A stretch of 24,000 nucleotides of DNA from Acaryochloris thomasi RCC1774 (GTDB lineage Bacteria > Cyanobacteriota > Cyanobacteriia > Thermosynechococcales > Thermosynechococcaceae): positions 164,893-188,892 of the forward strand of contig NZ_PQWO01000011.1 of the NCBI RefSeq assembly GCF_003231495.1, written 5' to 3'. Positions 18,045-24,000 of this stretch are shown one piece after another (the first letter of the stretch is position 1; each line of letters starts with the position of its first letter). The notes below the pieces were generated by a model. That model saw nothing but the letters and a program-made list of their open reading frames with translations, did not search any database and had not been told where the DNA came from. Both the position numbers and the translations under genes were made by a program.

Positions 18045-19238
18045 ATGTTTGACAAGAATGTAGCACTATTGTCTGAACCGGCTAGCGGCGATGCAGAAAA
18101 GCATGTTCAAATCTTGATGGTTGAAGATGACTATCAAGATGTTCAACTCTTAAAGGCCCTGTTGTCTCAGCAAGAGTATTGTTTAGATGCAATGACTCAT
18201 GCTCAAAGTATCAGTGAAGCATTAGATTGTCTTCGATCTTCAGGTGATTCAATTGAACTGGTGATCCTTGATCTATCGCTGCCAGATGCTCAGGGGCTAG
18301 ACGCCTATCACAAGATCTGTTCAAGTTGCTCTGAAGTACCGATTATTATTCACAGCGGGAACATTGATGAATCTATTGCCATTGAGGCCGTCCAGCGAGG
18401 TGCTCAAGATTACCTCGTTAAGGGGAAATTTGATGGTCATCTGTTAGGTCGCACCATTCGCTATGCCCTTGAAAGACATCAACAGTATCTAGAATTGCAG
18501 TCTGAAAAACTGAAGCTTCAGGCCATAACAGCGGCTTTACAACACTCTAACCAACAGTTAGAAGTGACCAATCAAGCCCTTGAGCAACTCGCCACTATTG
18601 ACGAACTGACACAGATTTATAATCGACGTCGCTTTGATGAAGTGCTTTGGGCCGAGTGGCGTCGTCTGGCTCGCGAAGATTCGCCTCTGTCTTTGATTAT
18701 GTGTGACGTAGACCATTTCAAAGCCTACAACGATACCTACGGTCATCCGGCAGGGGATGCTTGCCTGCAGCAGGTTGCAGCCGCGATTGCAAATATTGTC
18801 CAACGCCCTGCTGATTTGGTCGCTCGATATGGCGGCGAAGAGTTTGCCTTTATACTGCCCAATACAGACTTAAAAGGTGCCACCCACATTGCTAAAGATA
18901 TCCAAGCAGCTGTTCAGCGTCTAAACCTGCCTCACCTCGCATCTTCTACGGGTGATCAAGTGACGCTGAGCCTCGGAGTAGCAAGCATGATTCCTCATCA
19001 AGATGTTTCACCGGTTCAGCTTGTTGAGGCGGCTGATCGAGCACTTTATACTGCAAAGAGGCTCGGACGAAATCAGACTCAGGTTTCCCTCCCTGATTTG
19101 GAATCCGCAATCACAGAAGTCCGTCAGGCTTCTCATAAGGCAAAGGAGTTTTGTCAAACCTTGAAGCATGCTCGCTCTAGTCTGGCCCGATCTCTAGAAC
19201 CTGCGAAGCAGCAGCGAGTGCCACAATTGAGATGGTAA
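18045..19238 (+). CDS. Response regulator with GGDEF domain (putative diguanylate cyclase)
   Basis: N-terminal REC (VEDDYQD, VILDLSLPDAQG, YLVKG), coiled-coil linker, then GGDEF domain with RYGGEEFAFI. RPAD sits 5 residues before GGEEF (intact I-site). Confidence 0.95.
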   Translation: MFDKNVALLSEPASGDAEKHVQILMVEDDYQDVQLLKALLSQQEYCLDAMTHAQSISEALDCLRSSGDSIELVILDLSLPDAQGLDAYHKICSSCSEVPIIIHSGNIDESIAIEAVQRGAQDYLVKGKFDGHLLGRTIRYALERHQQYLELQSEKLKLQAITAALQHSNQQLEVTNQALEQLATIDELTQIYNRRRFDEVLWAEWRRLAREDSPLSLIMCDVDHFKAYNDTYGHPAGDACLQQVAAAIANIVQRPADLVARYGGEEFAFILPNTDLKGATHIAKDIQAAVQRLNLPHLASSTGDQVTLSLGVASMIPHQDVSPVQLVEAADRALYTAKRLGRNQTQVSLPDLESAITEVRQASHKAKEFCQTLKHARSSLARSLEPAKQQRVPQLRW

Positions 19239-19301
19239 AAGGCCTAGATAGCCGACCGCAATAGCTCAAGGCTGAGGAGGTTTGATCAGTCAAGAAACTG
19301 T

Positions 19302-19580
19302 CTACTCTTCTTCTTCAGACCAAAGAAAGCTGATCCCCAGCGTGGCGAATCCGACTGCAGCGACTGCTTTCAGTAGTTGGGTCGGCAGAAACTGAGCTAG
19401 ACTTCCTCCCAAGACAACGCCTAAGAAACTAGCAAAGACCAGTGCTGAAGCCGTCCCCAGAAAGATCGCCCGCGGATGCCGACACTGACCGCTCAGGGTA
19501 ATGGCAGCAAGCTGGCTTTTGTCTCCCAATTCTGCAAGGAAGACAATAATGAAGCTCAGTCCCAATAAATTCCAATCCAT
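19302..19580 (-). CDS. Half-size TMEM165/GDT1 family cation transporter subunit
   Basis: 92 aa with a single VFLAELGDKSQL signature of UPF0016/GDT1. Confidence 0.88.
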   Translation of the reverse strand: MDWNLLGLSFIIVFLAELGDKSQLAAITLSGQCRHPRAIFLGTASALVFASFLGVVLGGSLAQFLPTQLLKAVAAVGFATLGISFLWSEEEE

Positions 19581-19589
19581 AGCTTTGGC

Positions 19590-19985
19590 CTAAAGGTGAA
19601 CCGTATCCCAAATTAGCAGAACAGCAATGAATAACAGGCTTGCTCCTGTCGCTGTCTTCAAGGCTGCAGGTGAGAGATAGCGTGCCAGCCAGCGGCCGAT
19701 CACGACCCCCAATAAGCTGGTGGTAATCAAGGCTGCAGCGGCCCCGGCAAAGACAATCCAAGGCGACTGAGATTCTGCCGTTATTAGAAGTGTAGAAAGC
19801 TGTGTTTTGTCCCCTAGCTCCGCGAGAAAAATGGTGCCGAAGGCCATCAAAAACTCGCGACCAAAGCTCTTGGGGTCTTTGTCGCCTGATTCAACGGCCT
19901 CTGCCAGCATTTGTGGATCAGACTTTTGCAAATCGTCAGAGCCTGGGGATGAATTAGACGATCGTTGAGTTAGGGGATCACTCAC
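19590..19985 (-). CDS. Half-size TMEM165/GDT1 family cation transporter subunit
   Basis: 131 aa with a single IFLAELGDKTQLSTLL signature and an extra soluble N-terminus. 9-nt gap to the neighbouring half gene. Confidence 0.88.
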   Translation of the reverse strand: MSDPLTQRSSNSSPGSDDLQKSDPQMLAEAVESGDKDPKSFGREFLMAFGTIFLAELGDKTQLSTLLITAESQSPWIVFAGAAAALITTSLLGVVIGRWLARYLSPAALKTATGASLLFIAVLLIWDTVHL

Positions 19986-20039
19986 AAAGGAACTCTAGTT
20001 GCAGATACGTGAACTATTATGCCTGCGATGGGTCGTGCC

Positions 20040-20399
20040 TTAGCCAAGATCTAAACCGATGGCTTGCTCGAACTTAAGCCCTTCTAAGCTACGGTTGCCG
20101 TAAACGGCGTCAATTTGCTCACGACAACATGAGATCGCAAACTCATTCAAATCATCTGGGTCAATTCCGTACAGACGCTTAAAGGTCTCAGGCGTAACGC
20201 GACAAAAGCCAGGACGCTCGGCATAAATACTGCATTTACGTTCGTCGTGATCGAAGTGAATACACCAGCCATCTGGCCCAATCAAACTTAGATATCGCTC
20301 GAATTCTTCCGCTGAGAGATACTCCTGAATATCAGGGCGCTCGCTCAAATCTAAATGACAGCAAGCACCACATCCTTGAATGCATGTCCAGGTCGCCAT
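20040..20399 (-). CDS. YkgJ family cysteine cluster protein
   Basis: MATWTCIQGCGACCHLDLSERP...CSIYAERPGFCRVTPETF...CCREQI; CxxxCGACC-type motif. Confidence 0.85.
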   Translation of the reverse strand: MATWTCIQGCGACCHLDLSERPDIQEYLSAEEFERYLSLIGPDGWCIHFDHDERKCSIYAERPGFCRVTPETFKRLYGIDPDDLNEFAISCCREQIDAVYGNRSLEGLKFEQAIGLDLG

Positions 20400-20624
20400 G
20401 ATTGTTAACCTCTACAGTGCTGCAGTTACAGCAAGAAACAGTCGCTAAAGGACATCGACCGACGCACCCATTCAGTAGAAGGTTTAGCCCATAGCCCGTT
20501 AGAGATACCATAACTGATTCTGCTAACTCAACTCTTGTCAGAGAATTCCCTAGGTAGCGCCCCGCCAGCAGGTACAATGAAATTCTGGTTTATCCACGAT
20601 CATTGGGTCATCTTGGGAGGAAAA

Positions 20625-20747
20625 ATGGAACTTTTAATCTCTGCCGGTTTGCAGGAAACGGTCTTACAGCTGGCGTCTATCGTCTTTGTCGTAGTAGGCG
20701 GTCCCCTCATTATTGGGGCCATCGCTCTAGGCGGCGGCAAGCTTTAA
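20625..20747 (+). CDS. psb30: Probable photosystem II protein Psb30/Ycf12 (40 aa)
   Basis: MELLISAGLQETVLQLASIVFVVVGGPLIIGAIALGGGKL: one TM with the QL...GP..I...AL.GG.L pattern of Ycf12. SD GGGAGG 4 nt upstream of the ATG. Symbol from pattern recall only. Confidence 0.55.
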   Translation: MELLISAGLQETVLQLASIVFVVVGGPLIIGAIALGGGKL

Positions 20748-23182
20748 ATTTGTTGAGCCACTTGACGGGCTGAGGAGCGATACCACTGCTCTAGCTGCTT
20801 GAGTTCCTGCTCTAGATCGCCCGTTTTTGGGAAGCTAGGGCAGGTATACCCAAGCTCCCGCATGATGGCAACTAACACGCTGGGTGATACCCACCATTTC
20901 TGCCCCAGCTCTAAAAGATTTACCCGATTCCCCATCGATTTAATCAGCTCGTATTTGAGGTGCGATCGCAACGCAGTCACCTCAGTCTCTCGAGGAAGCT
21001 TTCCGTGTATATAGACCCTCTGAGGTCGGCCCAGTGCCAGCAGCCACTTGAGATGAACGACTGAAGGTGGCAATGTCCATAACAGCAGTGTTTGGCAAGG
21101 CTGCGTGGGTCGATCGTATTCAATGCCCCCCTTGATCTGCTGTCGTGAAATATAGGGCCGCTGATCGCCATAGACTAGCAAATTCCCTTCAACCTGTAGC
21201 GATTCCAGAGTCTCTAGCGAGTCCCAAGACGGTAACGGCAGCGGTTTGGATGGCTCAGCGCAAATCAATGTTGGCTCCTGCAGGGGCTGAGGGCAATCCT
21301 CTTCTGCCTCTTTGTCAGCATCTTCTACCGCTTGAGCCTCAGCAGGTCTAGATAAAAGCGCTTCTGGCTCCTCGCAGCGCTCGGGGGGCGGCACTCTTGA
21401 CACCCGAGCGCCCAACAGCTCCAGTTCCAGAGTCTGCTCACCCCGCCAGTTGTTCTCCCGCAGTCGGTAGGCCACATCAATCCAGTCAGGAAGGGGATAG
21501 TATTCTCCCCAGCGCCACGCCATCACCTGCTTGATCACTCGCTCTTCGGGGTTGCTGGCTTCAACCTGGGCCAGGGTTAACTTCAGGTGTGTTTTATCCG
21601 CTCCCACCTGACGCTGCTCTAGCACCCGAACCTGCGGTGTCCAAAAGACCGGCTCTCGATTGCCAATCCCGCAGGGGTGCAGTCGATCGATCTGATAAAA
21701 CAAGTCCCAGTTGATTTGAGAAAAGTTGGCCTGAGCATCAATCTGCACGAGTGGCTTCAAATGGTGGGGCTGCAGTTCTTCGTGGGCAAACTGACTGAGA
21801 CGCGATCGCAAAAATTCGAGCTGGTCCACCTGCATTGAAAAACCGCCTGCTGCTCGGTGCCCACCAAAACGTCCTAACAGATCTTCGCAGTACTGCAGCG
21901 CCGCAAACACGTCAAATTCTGGAATCCCGCGTGCCGATCCCCGAATGTGGGTACGGGCTTCGTCTTCATAGGTACCCAAAAAAACCGGGACTCCGTATCG
22001 CTCTACGAGGCGAGAGGCCACAATTCCAATAACGCCGTGGTGCCAACTTGGCTCCACTAACACCAGCACCCGCTGCTGCTGAGGACGATCGCCACTCTGC
22101 AAGCCCTCAACCAGCTCAATCGCAGATTGCTCAATCTCAGTACATAAGCGCTGTCGCTCCCGGTTAGCCTGCTCACACTGCATTGCCCGATCGAGAGCCG
22201 TGGCCCGATCATCAGTGGTCAACAGCTCAATCACCGTTTGTGGGTCCGCAATCCGGCCTACTGCATTGATCCGTGGCCCCAGTCGGAATCCGATCGCTTC
22301 TGGCTTCAACGTTTTCTGTTGACTTGGGTCGTTACAGCCCGCCACCTGAATCAGTGCCTGAACACCCGCTAACTTAGAGTGGGGCAACAGTTTCAGTCCT
22401 CGCTGCAGCCATCGGCGATTCACGCCCACCAAAGGAGCCAGATCAGCAATGGTGCCCAGGGTAAACAGCTCTAGCAAGGGGGCGATCAGAGCTTGGGACT
22501 TCTCCATCTTTTTCGCCAGTGAAACCGCCAAAATATAGGCCACACCTACCCCCGCTAAGCCCTGATAGGGAGAATCCATGCGGATCAGCTTTGGATTAAG
22601 AATGGCGTTAGCGGGCGGTAGTTCTGGCGGTAGCTCATGGTGATCGGTGATGATTACATCGATACCTAGTTCTCTAGCCTTGGCGACTGGCTTAGGCGCA
22701 GCAATACCGTTGTCAACGGTCAAGATGAGCTTGACGCCATCTGCCGCACAGTCATCTACAATCCGCTCGTTAATGCCATACCCTTCGCTCATGCGGCTGG
22801 GAATTGCGTAATTGACTTGCCCCCCTAAGGCACCTAAGGCCCGCAGCAGCAAAGCTGTGCTGGTCATGCCGTCGGCATCATAGTCGCCGCAGATTATGAT
22901 TTCTTTTTGGGTTGCGATCGCATCCTCTAAAAGCTCTAGACTCATTGTCAGATCCGGGAACTCCTCAACCGGATCGGGTAGAGATAGAGATTCCGGCTCT
23001 AGATAGGCTTGGGCCATCTCTGACGTCACAATACCTTGATTCACCAGCACCTGAGCCAGCAACGGGAACAACCCCGTACATTGCGCCACGTGCCCCACTT
23101 GCTCAACCTTCGGTGACGCGATTTGCCAACGCTGTTGCGGAAGCTTAGCCTCTCTCTCCTGTTGTTTTCCAGCCAGGGTCAT
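20744..23182 (-). CDS. recJ: Single-stranded-DNA-specific exonuclease RecJ (812 aa, C-terminally extended)
   Basis: DHH/DHHA1 motifs ICGDYDADGMTSTALLLRAL, LTVDNGIAA, VIITDHHELP, GIVASRLVERYGVPV and GFSMQVDQ. Confidence 0.95.
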   Translation of the reverse strand: MTLAGKQQEREAKLPQQRWQIASPKVEQVGHVAQCTGLFPLLAQVLVNQGIVTSEMAQAYLEPESLSLPDPVEEFPDLTMSLELLEDAIATQKEIIICGDYDADGMTSTALLLRALGALGGQVNYAIPSRMSEGYGINERIVDDCAADGVKLILTVDNGIAAPKPVAKARELGIDVIITDHHELPPELPPANAILNPKLIRMDSPYQGLAGVGVAYILAVSLAKKMEKSQALIAPLLELFTLGTIADLAPLVGVNRRWLQRGLKLLPHSKLAGVQALIQVAGCNDPSQQKTLKPEAIGFRLGPRINAVGRIADPQTVIELLTTDDRATALDRAMQCEQANRERQRLCTEIEQSAIELVEGLQSGDRPQQQRVLVLVEPSWHHGVIGIVASRLVERYGVPVFLGTYEDEARTHIRGSARGIPEFDVFAALQYCEDLLGRFGGHRAAGGFSMQVDQLEFLRSRLSQFAHEELQPHHLKPLVQIDAQANFSQINWDLFYQIDRLHPCGIGNREPVFWTPQVRVLEQRQVGADKTHLKLTLAQVEASNPEERVIKQVMAWRWGEYYPLPDWIDVAYRLRENNWRGEQTLELELLGARVSRVPPPERCEEPEALLSRPAEAQAVEDADKEAEEDCPQPLQEPTLICAEPSKPLPLPSWDSLETLESLQVEGNLLVYGDQRPYISRQQIKGGIEYDRPTQPCQTLLLWTLPPSVVHLKWLLALGRPQRVYIHGKLPRETEVTALRSHLKYELIKSMGNRVNLLELGQKWWVSPSVLVAIMRELGYTCPSFPKTGDLEQELKQLEQWYRSSARQVAQQI

Positions 23183-23345
23183 AATTCTATGCTTGCTCCA
23201 GCCGCTTTTACCTGCATTACCGCCACATTAAACTGTAGAACTGCTTGTGATCATGACCTTTGTACTTTATGTATAGGAAACTTGTTATCCAGATCGCTCT
23301 AGCTAAACTAGGATTGATCTCTGATAGAGAAGAAAAGGCCGCGCT

Positions 23346-23735
23346 ATGTCGGATTCTGAGCAATCCTCTCCTCCTGAAGAGGAACTTAATATTGAGAAAG
23401 CTCTAGCTGAAGCAGAGACAGCGCTTAACGGTATCAGAGAGCGTTACCAGAACGTCCAAACAGCCCAGCAACAGCAGCCCCAACTTCAGGAACAGCTCCA
23501 ACAGCTCCGGGAGCAGAGCCAGGAATCTAGCAAAGAGCAGCCCGCTCATCAAGAAGCACAGCAAAAATTAGCAGAAGAGATCGCCAAAATTCAGCAACAG
23601 CTCGAAATAACCGAACTCACACTAGAAAGCCGTTTGTTCACTTGGCGCGATAAGCGCGATTGGTTCTGGCACTTCCTCCGCTTTGCAGGCATTGGGTTTG
23701 GAGCTGCTCTTCTGCTAAATTATCTAACCCGCTAG
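23346..23735 (+). CDS. Coiled-coil protein with C-terminal membrane anchor
   Basis: 129 aa, Gln/Glu-rich helix, then WHFLRFAGIGFGAALLLNYLTR. Alternative starts possible. Confidence 0.65.
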   Translation: MSDSEQSSPPEEELNIEKALAEAETALNGIRERYQNVQTAQQQQPQLQEQLQQLREQSQESSKEQPAHQEAQQKLAEEIAKIQQQLEITELTLESRLFTWRDKRDWFWHFLRFAGIGFGAALLLNYLTR

Positions 23736-23782
23736 TTTGTAGTGTTGGCGGAGACTCCCATGCAAGATTCGTAAATCCCAGC

Positions 23783-23811
23783 TTTACAAAAGTAAATAAT
23801 TGCGCTATATT
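23783..23811 (+). promoter_or_regulatory. psbA promoter
   Basis: TTTACA (23783-23788), 17-nt spacer, TATATT (23806-23811), about 67 nt upstream of the ATG. Confidence 0.65.
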
Positions 23812-23877
23812 AAATACAGTTACTTAGCCAACTCGGTTACTTGACTAATTTATAACTTACATAACGCAATTATCATT

Positions 23878-24000
23878 ATGACAACCGTTCTACAACGTCG
23901 CGAAAGCGGCAGCGCCTGGGAGCGCTTTTGTAGCTGGATCACAAGCACCGACAACCGTTTATACATCGGTTGGTTCGGCGTCTTGATGATTCCTACGCTC
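23878..24000 (+). CDS. psbA: Photosystem II D1 protein, N-terminal part (runs off window)
   Basis: [41 protein letters not shown], characteristic D1 N-terminus. Confidence 0.97.
   Translation, partial: MTTVLQRRESGSAWERFCSWITSTDNRLYIGWFGVLMIPTL

Noticed and set aside
1-24000. Search for defence islands, toxin-antitoxin pairs, retrons, transposases or phage genes
   Set aside because: None recognised. The RHH-like gene (17009-17344) has a TMEM14-like membrane protein rather than a toxin downstream, so a TA call is not supported.

Overview
This 24 kb window is cyanobacterial chromosome. The evidence is ycf3, the psbA start, a likely psb30/ycf12, many GCGATCGC (HIP1) octamers, and cyanobacteria-type split GDT1 genes. 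Gene order, left to right: moaA 3' end; DUF1428 and VOC genes; GT39/ArnT-like glycosyltransferase; small hypothetical gene; MOSC protein; SBP_bac_5 lipoprotein; secreted leucine-rich-repeat protein with 15 exact 23-aa repeats; gatC; ycf3; CPBP protease; conserved hypothetical; phosphoribosyltransferase divergent from purL-purF; SpoIIM-like membrane protein; RHH/CopG-like small protein; TMEM14-like protein; REC-GGDEF protein; two half-size GDT1/Mnx-type transporters; YkgJ-like protein; probable psb30; recJ; coiled-coil membrane protein; psbA start. The window is mostly housekeeping. I found no CRISPR array, transposase, prophage, tRNA/rRNA or recognisable defence island. The items most worth a second look are non-coding: a structured leader with an anti-Shine-Dalgarno arrangement before the RHH gene, paired inverted repeats over the likely purL promoter, and palindromes in the purL-purF gap. 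The LRR protein is the most unusual coding feature. No strong evidence for a previously undescribed multi-gene system was seen.
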